A DNA stretch of 64,000 bases, taken from the IMG/VR virus record IMGVR_UViG_3300025405_000011, positions 32,001 through 96,000 of that record. One strand, given 5' to 3'. Below are positions 49,205-59,235 of this stretch, one piece after another. Made by a program: the position numbers and the translations under genes. The notes below the pieces were generated by a model, which saw nothing but the letters and a program-made list of their open reading frames with translations, had not been told where the DNA came from and made no database searches. The stretch is from a virus. The number at the start of each line of letters is the position of its first letter. Position 1 is the stretch's first letter.

Positions 49205-50698
49205 TTATTGACCCGTAAAGGTTCCAATTGTTGTACCCTGAGTAAGTCCACCGGGAGTTAGTGCAACGCCTACTCCTGCAGTTGCGGCAGAGGGTATACC
49301 AGTAGTAGCAGTATAGCTAGTGGTACCCAGGCTGGCTGTTAACGCTGTATCGGTATATGGAGTCACTACAATTACTCCAGTGGTGGCATTGGTGGTAACA
49401 CTCAAAGAGTTAATGTAGGGAGTACTACTGGTATTGGTCCAGCTGGTACTCCATACACTAGTGATGGTATTTGCTACTGATCTCCATAGATTAACTGGCC
49501 ATACATAGTAGGTTGTAGTGTATCCAGCTGTACAACCATAGGCAGTGCAACCGTTGGCAGTGCAACCGTTATTGTTGGCAGTACAACCGTTAGTACAGCA
49601 ACCACTAGTAGTACAACCGTAACCGGCACAGTTACTGCCATTATAGGCATTGCAGCAACCGTTACCACAACTACCATAGGTGGGGTTAGAAGCATTGTAC
49701 CCAGTACAACCAGTACCAGTACAGCCATAACCAGCACATTCATAACCACCACAGGTAAAGGTCGTACAGATAGTATTGTAGCCAGTCTGACAACCGCTAC
49801 CACAAGAACCATAGATGGCATTACTGGCATTATAGGCATTGCAGCAACCGTTACCACAACTGCCATAGTTAGCATTACCACCAGTTTTGGTCTTGGCATT
49901 GTAAGCATTGTATCCAGTAACACAACCGGTACCACAACTACCACTGGTCTTGCAGTTACTGGCATTGTAGCCATTGAGACAACCGTTACCACAACTACCA
50001 TAGGTTGCATTACCCTGACCATAAGCATTGCAGTAATAAGTCTGACAAACAATAACGGCACAACCGGTACTAGTACAACCATTAGTAGCACAAGTGGCAG
50101 CATTGTAGCCAGTCTGACAACCGTTGCCACAACTACCACTGGTCTTGCAGTTACTGACATTATAACTGGTACAGCCAGTAGCACAGCAACCGGAACTAGT
50201 ACAACCGTAGGTGGCACAACCGGTTACTCCATAGGCAGTGCAGCCGTTGGCGGTACAACCATTAGCAGTGCAGGTATAGGTATTGTAAGTGGAGCTAGGT
50301 CCAGTGGACAGTACATAGAAATCACCAGAGCTGGTTTGCCAAAAAGCAACTCCAGCACCCTGACTGACACTCTGTGCACTAATTGTAGCACTGGTTTTAA
50401 AGGGAGTTGTAGCCAGTGGAAAACTGGTATTGGACACTGTACTTGAACTAGTGGCCACTCCACTATTACTGTACCAAATTCCAATGATATTGCTCCAGGT
50501 ATTGCCGGTATTACTGGTGCCTAGACTACCGCTTGTAACTCGAGCCCAAGTGTCAAGGATGTTGCTTTGATACCAAGTTTTCCAGGCTCCACCAATATTG
50601 ATAAAGCTCTGTGTAATCGAGTGCCAAGTTCCGCCAATATTTACTGACATTCCATTGGTAGAGTGCCAGTTTCCGCCTACGTTAAGATTTCCTGCCAT
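49205..50698 (-). CDS. Cys-rich fibre/adhesin: beta-sandwich domain with a 42-Cys insertion
   Basis: Three N-terminal N(I/V)GGxW repeats; central CTANG/CGNG repeats. Confidence 0.75.
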   Translation of the reverse strand: MAGNLNVGGNWHSTNGMSVNIGGTWHSITQSFINIGGAWKTWYQSNILDTWARVTSGSLGTSNTGNTWSNIIGIWYSNSGVATSSSTVSNTSFPLATTPFKTSATISAQSVSQGAGVAFWQTSSGDFYVLSTGPSSTYNTYTCTANGCTANGCTAYGVTGCATYGCTSSGCCATGCTSYNVSNCKTSGSCGNGCQTGYNAATCATNGCTSTGCAVIVCQTYYCNAYGQGNATYGSCGNGCLNGYNASNCKTSGSCGTGCVTGYNAYNAKTKTGGNANYGSCGNGCCNAYNASNAIYGSCGSGCQTGYNTICTTFTCGGYECAGYGCTGTGCTGYNASNPTYGSCGNGCCNAYNGSNCAGYGCTTSGCCTNGCTANNNGCTANGCTAYGCTAGYTTTYYVWPVNLWRSVANTITSVWSTSWTNTSSTPYINSLSVTTNATTGVIVVTPYTDTALTASLGTTSYTATTGIPSAATAGVGVALTPGGLTQGTTIGTFTGQ

Positions 50699-51054
50699 TA
50701 GCTATACTGAATCCAGATGTCTCCGTTAGCCCCACCTGAGGGAGTAACTGTTCCACTAACTACCCAAATGTTTCTTACGACTCCAAGACCACTAGATGTA
50801 GTGGCAGTTGTCACTACTGTACCACTACCGGCAGTGTAAGAGAGATTAATCTGTGCACCGGGGACCCAAGTTCCTGGAGAACCGGGGGAGGTACAGACCC
50901 AAGTGTTGCCATTCTGTCCAATTAGAAAGTCACCGGCTACATAGGTACCACTAGTTGGAGCACCACTAACGGTTGCTCCTACATAACGTGTCCCTTGGGT
51001 TGCTCCAGGAAGACCGGTAGCACTATAACTCTCTCGGGTTATTGATTCAGCCAT
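50698..51054 (-). CDS. Short fibre module protein
   Basis: GAPTSGTY.AGDF...WVCT..GSPGTW and P.GG.NGDIWIQY motifs typical of fibre joints. Confidence 0.7.
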   Translation of the reverse strand: MAESITRESYSATGLPGATQGTRYVGATVSGAPTSGTYVAGDFLIGQNGNTWVCTSPGSPGTWVPGAQINLSYTAGSGTVVTTATTSSGLGVVRNIWVVSGTVTPSGGANGDIWIQYS

Positions 51055-51063
51055 AATTTATCC

Positions 51064-54000
51064 TTAAGTTAGCTTCATGTGTAGATTATATTGCATTGCA
51101 GTGGCACCACTACTTGCATATGCTACAGAGTAAGAGATGTTGGTTCCACTCTTGGCATAGAATTGGAAACTTCCGTAGACTGCACTAGAAGTGGTATTTG
51201 CACTAGTGGAGTCATCGGTGAGAGTTATTGTAGTTCCATCGGGGTCAGTAAAGATTACACTCACGGGACCTAGGGTACTAGACGTAGTTGCAGCAGTAGT
51301 GACCTTACCATAAAAGTTTAGATTGTACAGTTGAGCAGTCGGAGTAGAGTATATGAGAGTGGTACCAATAGCGGCACTTTGTGTAGTCAAGTCTACTAGT
51401 CCATAGTATTCTATGTCATTGACTGGAGCCCACTGAGTTCCATTGTAGGTTAGTACACTGCCACTTGCTGGAGCAGTATTGCTTATGGCAACACCTTGAA
51501 TTTTGGCTACAGTTGGGTTTGGAAGTGTACCCGTTAGATCTCCACCAACACTGGCACTAAGTGTACCGGTAACAGTTAGACCACTAGCAGCAACCACTAG
51601 GCCGGCACTAGTAATGGTCATAGAATCATTGGAGCTATTATTGTTTACAAAGTGTATAGAGTTGGCAGTATAGGTACCCAGTGTAACATCACCATTGGCA
51701 GCACCCACATAGACGGCATTGGGGATATTGAACCCACCGGTACCGGCATAGTTACTGGAGTTCATTCCAAACTCACCATAGTAACTGCTTGCAGTTGCTA
51801 GATTATTACTGACATTAAAGTTAGTACTACTAGTGGTTCCCGAGTTGGTATTTTGCATAACCATCTGGTTGTAATTACCAACATTACTGGAGAACCCGGC
51901 CATAATATTTACATCAGAATAGTTAAGAGAGCCATTGTTAATTGGTGGAGTATTGGTACCACTACTTGCACTAACTGTATAGGGAACACTTAGAATACCG
52001 GTTACAGTTACGTTACCGGTTACGGTTACACTGCTATTAGAGTAGAGTGGACCAGTGAGACTTCCACCGGCAAGAGGTAGTTTGGTAGAGTCCAGTGGAG
52101 CACTTGTAGTTACTCCTGTCACTCGACCCTTACTGTCAGTTGTAATAACTGGTACTAGAGTAGCACTACCGTAGGTACCGGCAGTTCCAACTCCACTGAG
52201 TGTTGGGTTCGGATAGCTACCGGTAAGGTCACCACCGGCTGTACCATTGGGTGGTAGAGCCGTAGGAATTTGACCAAAGGCTGCAGCATCTGAGGCAGCT
52301 GAGCCATTTGCAAGTCCTGTAATCTTGTTACTACCCATTGCAATAGCACCAGACATGGTACCACCGGCTTTAGGTAGAGCAGCAGCAGCAACTCCACTAA
52401 CAGTTGCAATATTTGTATTGGCAGTGACCATCTGCCCGCTAAGTGTGGCTATGTTACTGTTTGCAGTGACCATTTGGCCACTTAGAGTGGCAATATTGCT
52501 CTCGTCTGTAATTTGTTTGCCACTAATGGTCGAGACATTGCTATTGGTGGTCACTATACTGCCACTATTGGTGGCAATATTGTTATTTGCAGTGATCATT
52601 TGACCACTTAATGTTGCAATATTGCTATTAGCAGTCACCATTTGACCACTGAGAGTGGCTATATTTGTTTCGTCTATAACTTGCTTGCCAGAGATGGTGT
52701 TTACAACACCACTGGTAGTGGCATATTGACCCGAGAGAGTTGCATATTGTCCACTAAGACTGGCTAGGTTACTGTTGGTAGTATTGAGACTACCACTAAG
52801 TGTAACTAGATTGCCACTTAATGTTGCAATATTGTTTTCGTCTGTAACTTGCTTACCGGAGATGGTGTTTACAACACCACTAGTGGTGACATATTGTCCA
52901 CTAAGGGTTACAAGTGACCCACTGGTAGATGCAATGTTTGCATTGGCAGTGACCATTTGACCCGATAGGGTAGCAATATTACTTGTATTAGTGGTTACAA
53001 TTCCTGAGGTGGTAACATATTGACCACTGAGTGTTGCAAGATTGCTATTGGTTGTAGTGATTGAACCACTCAATGCTGACAAGTTTCCAGAAAGACCAGT
53101 TACTTGACTTTGGTTAATTTGTACACCAGTTACAGTTACAGTCGAACGACCATAGGTATCTGTTGTAATTACTGGAATACCACTAGTAGTACCGTATGTA
53201 CCAGGAGTACCGTAGGTTTGTAGTTCAATATCTGTTTGACCAGGAGCAACCAAGTAATTAACAGCAAGTGAGTTACTAGTCAATGGTTGGATAGCAGTAT
53301 CCCATGAAAGAGTAGTTGTAGCTACACCTTCCCAATAACTAGTTGGTGGTAACCAAATGGGTGCTCCGGTTGAACCATTGTCAATGTATGCTGTTGGTTG
53401 TGGGTAAACAAGAAGCCAACTAGTTAGATCTTCGTTGTGAATTTGCATCCATTGACCGTTATATGTTGGCGTAGGAAGAATAACTCCTGTACCAGATGCT
53501 GTGTTACCTGAAGCAGTAGCACCAGTTACTGGGGCATATGTGCTAAGAGTAAGTGGAGTCGCAGTAGCAGCATTAGTACCACTAGCAGCAACTGCATTGA
53601 CTGTGTATGTACCCGTTTGGTTGTACATAATTTGAGAAACAGATACAAATACTCCAGGAGCAGTTGGGTAGTTGGCACCAGAGGCAATAGTTTTAATAGT
53701 AGTGTCAGTGTTGGTTGGCATCCACATGATTTGGAAGTTGTCATTACCACTTGCAGTAATTATATGTGTTACAGCAGCAGTTACAGCACTTCCAGCAGGA
53801 CCATTTGGTACTGCAAATGTTGCATTGGTATTTGGAACATTAACACCATTTTTACGGAACCAAATATCTACGTTTCTAGAAGCATTGGAAGAAGTAAATA
53901 ATTGAACTGTATAGGCAACCAAGTAAGTACCAGTATAACCAAATGTAATTGTTCCACTAGCCGATCTAGTTATACCATTGGCAGTAAATGTACTACCAAT

Positions 54001-57000
54001 TGCTACAACATTTCCACTTGTAGTGCTTGTAGCAGTTTGAGTGGTAGTAGTGTCATAGAAGGCACCATAGTAACCATTAGCTCCACCAGGACCAGGTGTT
54101 CCTACTCCACTTGATGTAATAGGAGTCCATACTCCACCGACTGATGCAAGAACTTGACCAGTGTTTGGAGGGGTAGAGCTTACAGGTGTACCATTGAGAT
54201 AAGAAACTGTTGGGTTAGGATAAGTTCCGGTAAGATCTCCACCAGCAGTGTCACCAAAGTTATTGCTACTAATTAACCATTCTGTTCTAACAGAATCATA
54301 ATAGAATTCTACTGAGTTAAATACTCCGTTACCAGCTAGAACAAAACTGCCATCACCTGCAATATTGTCACTACCACTTGCAACAATAGTAACATCATAG
54401 GTACTTGTAGTTTGACTGGCAACTGCAATGACTGAACCATTGGCAGGAGCATTGGTTAGAGTGACTGTCATTGCACCAGCAGTTGCATTACATACTACAT
54501 AGTCATTGGGAACTGCTGTATAGTTACCACTCTTGGTGGTAGTTGGGAATAGAGCATTACCCGTACCAGCATACCAAGTGCCAGATGTAGTACTGTAACG
54601 TAGAACTTGGTTATTGGTTGGAGCTGTTGGACTTATGGAAATACCCTGGATTTTAGCTACAGTTGGGCCTGGGTAAGTACCCGAAAGATCACCAGTAGCA
54701 TTCGTACCAGAGAAGATTGTTCTTCCACTAGTAGTTGCAAATTGACCACTCAAACTTACAATATTGCCCGAGTTGGTTGCTATGTTACTGTTTGCAGTGA
54801 CCATTTGGCCACTGAGTGTAGCTATATTGATTGTATTAGTTGCAGCAACTCCACTAACAGTAGAGATGTTTGCTTCATCTGTCACTTGCTTACCTGATAT
54901 GGTATTTACAACACCACTAGTAGTTGCATACTGCCCACTAAGAGTAGTAAAGTTGCCACTAATGGTTGCAATATTGGCTTCGTCTGTAACTTGATTACCA
55001 GAGATGGTAGCAATATATCCAGACTGGTCTGTAACAAGGCCTGAAGTAGTAACATATTGGCCACTGAGTGTTGCAAGACTACCTGACAATGATGCAATAT
55101 TGGAAGTATTAGTAACTACTTGACCACTAATGGTTGCAATATTGGCTTCATCAGTGGATACATCACCCTCTAATAAAATAAGGTTTTGATTTGTTGTATA
55201 CCAATAGCCAGAGAGAGTAGAAATGTTGCCAGAGTTGGTTGCAATATTTGTATTTGCAGTAACCATTTGGCCACTTAAAGTGGCAATATTGCTTTCGTCA
55301 GTGATCTGATTGCCACTTATAGTTGCAACATTATTGGTAATTGTAACTACTTGTCCACTAATAGTGGCAATATTTACTTCATCAGTAACTTGCTTGCCAG
55401 AGATGGTGTTTACAACACCACTGGTAGTGGCATATTGACCCGAGAGGGTGACAAAATTACCACTAATAGTGGCTATATTGCTTTCATCGGTCACTTGTTT
55501 GCCACTTATAGTTGCTATGTTGGCTTCGTCAATCGCTTGTTTGCCACTAATGGTGGCTATGTTACTTGCATCAGTAATCTGTAGTCCACTTAGAGTGGCT
55601 ATATTGCCTTCGTCAGTAACTTGCTTGCCTGAGATAGTTGCTACATAACCACTAAGAGTACTAGTGCCATTTTGTAGTGCAGTAATATTAACTGCATCTG
55701 CAGCTTGTCGTCCACTAAGACTAACAATATTATTATTAGTGATATCGAGACTGCCACTGAGAGTGACTATGTTGCCCGAGTTAGTGGCAATATTACTATT
55801 GGCAGTAACCATTTGACCCGAGAGAGTCGATATGTTGGTCTCGTCAGTTACTTGCTTACCGGAGATGACTCCAATGCTATTGCCTTGATTGGCAACTTGA
55901 CCACTTAAGGTTACAAAGTTACTTTCATCGGTCACTTGCTTACCACTTATAGTTGCAATATTGCTGTTTGCAGTGACCATTTGGCCTGAGAGTGTTGAGA
56001 TATTACTAGAGTTAGTAACTATCTGACCCGAGTTAGTTGCAATATTACTGTTTGCAGTAACCATTTGACCACTAAGTGTGGCTATGTTATCTTCATCCGT
56101 GGCTTGATTACCACTAATGGTGGCTATATTACTATTGGCAGTAACCATTTGGCCACTTAAGGTGGCAATGTTAACTTCATCAGTGATTTGATTATTGACA
56201 ACACCACTTAGAGTACCACTTATAATGACCACTTGTCCACTAAGTGCAGCTATATTGCTTTCATCAATGGATTGATTGCCACTAAGTGTAACAAATTGTC
56301 CACTTAATGTAGTAAAGTTATTGGTAAGTGTAGTGAGATTTCCACTAAGAGTGGCTACTTTAGTATTTGTAGCAATTATTTGACCCGACAGTACTGCTAT
56401 ATTGTCTTCATCAGTGGCTTGATTACCACTAATTGTAGAAACATAGCCACTTAGTACTACAGAATTTTGATTTAAAAGATCAATATTGTCGTTGGCAATG
56501 CCTAAACCAATACCTAGATTAGTTATGGCATCTTCGTCTGTAACTTGCTTGCCAGAGATAGTGGCAATCTGTCCACTCATAGTAGTTTGATTACCACTAA
56601 TTGTTATTAGATTTGTAGTAAGGTTAGTGACTTGACTTTCAGCAATCTCGATCTCATTGACATAGGTGTCAATTACTCGACCTTTATTGTCAAGTGTAAG
56701 AGTTAAAGAGCTAGCATTATTACCGTAAGTGCCACTTGTAGACACTGGAGGTAGTGTTGGATTTGGGTAGCTACCTACTAGATCTCCACCGGCAACACTG
56801 CCACTAATAACGGCATCAGCGGTTATATAGTTAAACTGTGCTTGCTCTATGGCAGTAGAGACTGGAAAGACATTAAAGTTATCAGGAAATCCTGCAGCAT
56901 GTGGTTGAGCAAGTGTACCGTCATAGCCTCGACCATTAGTGCCACTGACATTATAGATATTAATAACAGTATTGAGGCCTAGTGCAATGGCACCACTGGC

Positions 57001-57237
57001 ACAAAGAATTTTTTCTTCTGAACCCAAACCATAGTCAACAACCAGTGTATAGGGTCCACTGGTTCCCAGAGGATTGGTGGTATTATAGCCATAGGGGCTA
57101 ACTTCATACCAACCGGTGGTGTTGGCTACGGTTAATGTTTGGTTAGAAACATAACCACTAGCAACTGTAGCTACAAGATATGTAGGAGCCGCACCACCGG
57201 GGTATGAACGTATTACACTGGAATCAGGAAGGGCCAT
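51064..57237 (-). CDS. Long tail fibre: coiled-coil NIATLSG repeats and GGDL.G.YPNPT modules
   Basis: 2057 aa; heptad-based repeats; five GDLxGxYPxPT-type motifs; GGTMSGAIAMGSNKITGLA motif. Confidence 0.85.
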   Translation of the reverse strand: MALPDSSVIRSYPGGAAPTYLVATVASGYVSNQTLTVANTTGWYEVSPYGYNTTNPLGTSGPYTLVVDYGLGSEEKILCASGAIALGLNTVINIYNVSGTNGRGYDGTLAQPHAAGFPDNFNVFPVSTAIEQAQFNYITADAVISGSVAGGDLVGSYPNPTLPPVSTSGTYGNNASSLTLTLDNKGRVIDTYVNEIEIAESQVTNLTTNLITISGNQTTMSGQIATISGKQVTDEDAITNLGIGLGIANDNIDLLNQNSVVLSGYVSTISGNQATDEDNIAVLSGQIIATNTKVATLSGNLTTLTNNFTTLSGQFVTLSGNQSIDESNIAALSGQVVIISGTLSGVVNNQITDEVNIATLSGQMVTANSNIATISGNQATDEDNIATLSGQMVTANSNIATNSGQIVTNSSNISTLSGQMVTANSNIATISGKQVTDESNFVTLSGQVANQGNSIGVISGKQVTDETNISTLSGQMVTANSNIATNSGNIVTLSGSLDITNNNIVSLSGRQAADAVNITALQNGTSTLSGYVATISGKQVTDEGNIATLSGLQITDASNIATISGKQAIDEANIATISGKQVTDESNIATISGNFVTLSGQYATTSGVVNTISGKQVTDEVNIATISGQVVTITNNVATISGNQITDESNIATLSGQMVTANTNIATNSGNISTLSGYWYTTNQNLILLEGDVSTDEANIATISGQVVTNTSNIASLSGSLATLSGQYVTTSGLVTDQSGYIATISGNQVTDEANIATISGNFTTLSGQYATTSGVVNTISGKQVTDEANISTVSGVAATNTINIATLSGQMVTANSNIATNSGNIVSLSGQFATTSGRTIFSGTNATGDLSGTYPGPTVAKIQGISISPTAPTNNQVLRYSTTSGTWYAGTGNALFPTTTKSGNYTAVPNDYVVCNATAGAMTVTLTNAPANGSVIAVASQTTSTYDVTIVASGSDNIAGDGSFVLAGNGVFNSVEFYYDSVRTEWLISSNNFGDTAGGDLTGTYPNPTVSYLNGTPVSSTPPNTGQVLASVGGVWTPITSSGVGTPGPGGANGYYGAFYDTTTTQTATSTTSGNVVAIGSTFTANGITRSASGTITFGYTGTYLVAYTVQLFTSSNASRNVDIWFRKNGVNVPNTNATFAVPNGPAGSAVTAAVTHIITASGNDNFQIMWMPTNTDTTIKTIASGANYPTAPGVFVSVSQIMYNQTGTYTVNAVAASGTNAATATPLTLSTYAPVTGATASGNTASGTGVILPTPTYNGQWMQIHNEDLTSWLLVYPQPTAYIDNGSTGAPIWLPPTSYWEGVATTTLSWDTAIQPLTSNSLAVNYLVAPGQTDIELQTYGTPGTYGTTSGIPVITTDTYGRSTVTVTGVQINQSQVTGLSGNLSALSGSITTTNSNLATLSGQYVTTSGIVTTNTSNIATLSGQMVTANANIASTSGSLVTLSGQYVTTSGVVNTISGKQVTDENNIATLSGNLVTLSGSLNTTNSNLASLSGQYATLSGQYATTSGVVNTISGKQVIDETNIATLSGQMVTANSNIATLSGQMITANNNIATNSGSIVTTNSNVSTISGKQITDESNIATLSGQMVTANSNIATLSGQMVTANTNIATVSGVAAAALPKAGGTMSGAIAMGSNKITGLANGSAASDAAAFGQIPTALPPNGTAGGDLTGSYPNPTLSGVGTAGTYGSATLVPVITTDSKGRVTGVTTSAPLDSTKLPLAGGSLTGPLYSNSSVTVTGNVTVTGILSVPYTVSASSGTNTPPINNGSLNYSDVNIMAGFSSNVGNYNQMVMQNTNSGTTSSTNFNVSNNLATASSYYGEFGMNSSNYAGTGGFNIPNAVYVGAANGDVTLGTYTANSIHFVNNNSSNDSMTITSAGLVVAASGLTVTGTLSASVGGDLTGTLPNPTVAKIQGVAISNTAPASGSVLTYNGTQWAPVNDIEYYGLVDLTTQSAAIGTTLIYSTPTAQLYNLNFYGKVTTAATTSSTLGPVSVIFTDPDGTTITLTDDSTSANTTSSAVYGSFQFYAKSGTNISYSVAYASSGATAMQYNLHMKLT

Positions 57238-57267
57238 TTAAATGGACTCCGAGGGTTTCGTATTCTC

Positions 57268-57819
57268 TTAGTAAGGGTACGAAGCCGACTGCCAGGTAGG
57301 AGTTACTGTAAGGGAGTCACCACTAGCAAGTGTCACTGTTGAAAGGTCACTGAATGGAGCATACCATAGAACTGCACCGTCTCCACCAGGGCCCGAAGGG
57401 TTACCGGCACCATTAAAAGTAGCAACAAAGATACCGTTAATGTCACTAGCAGTATCTGGACCAGTATTAGTCCAAGTAAGTGCACCACTGTATGTAGTCT
57501 GCTCTACTGGAATGTTGCTTTCACCATTAATGGTAATTACTGTACTGGTAATGGCTTGCCATCCACTGGCAGCAAGAGGAATACGTGCATAACCATCAAG
57601 GTCACTCACTTCCAATACATCATAGCCGGAATCACCATTGTTTAGATAGATTGGAAGGTCTCCACCACTGACCCAACCACTAATTGTTGACCAAGGAGTT
57701 GCAGTAAGTCCAAGGTAGGTAGTGGTAGGAGCTGCTTGTGTTCCACGTGGAAGAACATTCAACATGTAGTCGAGTCCTTCAGCTGGGAAGAAGAAAGTAG
57801 AATTGAAGTTTGCTGTCAT
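57268..57819 (-). CDS. Small acidic virion protein (fibre-bead-like family)
   Basis: EG...L...YLGL...GYAR...G.VLW...VTLASGDSLTVT; no Lys and 2 Arg; AGGAG RBS. Confidence 0.65.
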   Translation of the reverse strand: MTANFNSTFFFPAEGLDYMLNVLPRGTQAAPTTTYLGLTATPWSTISGWVSGGDLPIYLNNGDSGYDVLEVSDLDGYARIPLAASGWQAITSTVITINGESNIPVEQTTYSGALTWTNTGPDTASDINGIFVATFNGAGNPSGPGGDGAVLWYAPFSDLSTVTLASGDSLTVTPTWQSASYPY

Positions 57820-57830
57820 AATTTTATCTC

Positions 57831-58436
57831 CTAGATAAATTGTATACTAACGTTGAACTGCATTGAGTCTCCGGGAGTTAAACTAACTACAGGAAAACTA
57901 CTTTTTAAGAACATGGTTCCTGCAACTCCCGTTACCGGGGTATATGTAGGAATTATAGAAGTAGAACGGGTTGAACCGTTATACCCCCTTGTTACATAAA
58001 ACGTATCGGTCCCATTGCCCGAAGTAACTAACATTACTTCAGTTGAAACCTGTACTTCAAACGGAAACGAGTTCCCGTAGGTACCATATAAGTTAACTCG
58101 AATACTGGTATCACCGGGATTAACCTGTGAAGTTAACTGTCCATTAGGAGCAGTTAGACCACTATCGAATAGACCAATATTGCTAACCGTTTGGTATATA
58201 TCAGAATTTATTGTTCCAATACATAGATAAGTGTCTCCAGAAGTTACAATGGTCTCTTTCGAGATTGTGCACCTTACCGGATTAAGAGTTGGACTAAATA
58301 ATGCTACATCTGTAGGTGAAACTGTTTGTGTTCCAGACCCCCACGCCATATATTGTATGGGTGCTAATCCGAAACCCGAACCTAGAATACAATTAACTAG
58401 ACTAGTTCTGCCCTGTGTCGTTAGTAACGAGATCAT
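57831..58436 (-). CDS. Virion protein, distant paralog of the adjacent gene, with an inserted domain
   Basis: TTQG...YMAWGSG...IGLFD...GTMF....F....L.PGDS.QF. Probable start MISLLTT at 58436. Confidence 0.6.
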   Translation of the reverse strand: MISLLTTQGRTSLVNCILGSGFGLAPIQYMAWGSGTQTVSPTDVALFSPTLNPVRCTISKETIVTSGDTYLCIGTINSDIYQTVSNIGLFDSGLTAPNGQLTSQVNPGDTSIRVNLYGTYGNSFPFEVQVSTEVMLVTSGNGTDTFYVTRGYNGSTRSTSIIPTYTPVTGVAGTMFLKSSFPVVSLTPGDSMQFNVSIQFI

Positions 58437-58548
58437 TCTCTTCTTCAGTCCCAACCCTTACTAGGTCGATGTCACCATATACTTCTTGTGTGCCATCGGC
58501 TCTAGTAACAGTTGCGTTAACTTTTATAGTAAAGGGTTTGTAATTCAT
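58402..58548 (-). CDS. Small hypothetical virion protein
   Basis: MNYKPFTIKVNATVTRADG... starts right after the stop at 58550. Confidence 0.5.
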   Translation of the reverse strand: MNYKPFTIKVNATVTRADGTQEVYGDIDLVRVGTEEENDLVTNDTGQN

Positions 58549-58549
58549 A

Positions 58550-59233
58550 CTAGCACTGTTGTTGCTTAGTATTCCTCTGCTGAGTCTGATTAAGGTTACC
58601 CTGGTACTTAGTGTAATAAGCGGCCCATTGCTGAGTCTCTGATCCACCGTCTGGGCCTTCGCCTGTATTGATTTGACGAACTTGTACTTGAACTACCTTA
58701 GTAGTATCTTGTACTACAGCTCCACCACCGTTAACTGGGTAGGCGTGTACTGTAGCATCATCAATCCAAGTAGGATTAGCATTAGGAGTACCAACATAGT
58801 TAGGGTAAGAAACATTTTCACTAGCAAGTGTTATATTGGTAATAACTGGAGTACGACCAGTTCCACTAATTACTGTAAGTACATCTCCAGCACCAGCACC
58901 AAAAATGATGTCTGTCTTATTACCGGCAAGGAATTGATTTCCATTGGTATCAGTAGTTAGATTTACTGTAGAAGGCTCAACTGCTTGAAGAGCTGTAATT
59001 AGATTTCCAGCAGTAGAGAGTCCACTTAGTGTACTAGTCTTTAGGTGAGTTGTACCACCACTAATAGTAAAAGTGCAAGTGGGGTCAGTTACAGACAATG
59101 ACCAGAGTCCATTGGTTGCATAACCAGCATCAATTACACTTTTTGGATTAGCAGTATAGGAGTTGGCTCCACCACGAGTGTTGGAACGTACTGTCTGCTT
59201 GGTACTTTGTTCTAATGGGACATTAACAGTCAT
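58550..59233 (-). CDS. Hypothetical virion protein
   Basis: 227 aa, T/G/N-rich, in the late operon. Confidence 0.6.
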   Translation of the reverse strand: MTVNVPLEQSTKQTVRSNTRGGANSYTANPKSVIDAGYATNGLWSLSVTDPTCTFTISGGTTHLKTSTLSGLSTAGNLITALQAVEPSTVNLTTDTNGNQFLAGNKTDIIFGAGAGDVLTVISGTGRTPVITNITLASENVSYPNYVGTPNANPTWIDDATVHAYPVNGGGAVVQDTTKVVQVQVRQINTGEGPDGGSETQQWAAYYTKYQGNLNQTQQRNTKQQQC

Positions 59234-59235
59234 AA

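Noticed and set aside
49474-50484. Val-rich ORFs (247 aa and 86 aa) overlapping the Cys-rich gene
   Set aside because: Alternate-frame shadows of repetitive codons; no RBS, and the Cys frame is coupled to its neighbours.
52400-56620. Periodic DNA repeats as a CRISPR array
   Set aside because: The repeats are degenerate, codon-phased and encode heptads; there are no fixed repeats with unique spacers and no cas genes.
39102-57237. Diversity-generating retroelement or invertible fibre cassette
   Set aside because: No reverse transcriptase or recombinase in the window, and I noticed no adenine-variant TR/VR pair or flanking inverted repeats. Not excluded elsewhere in the genome.
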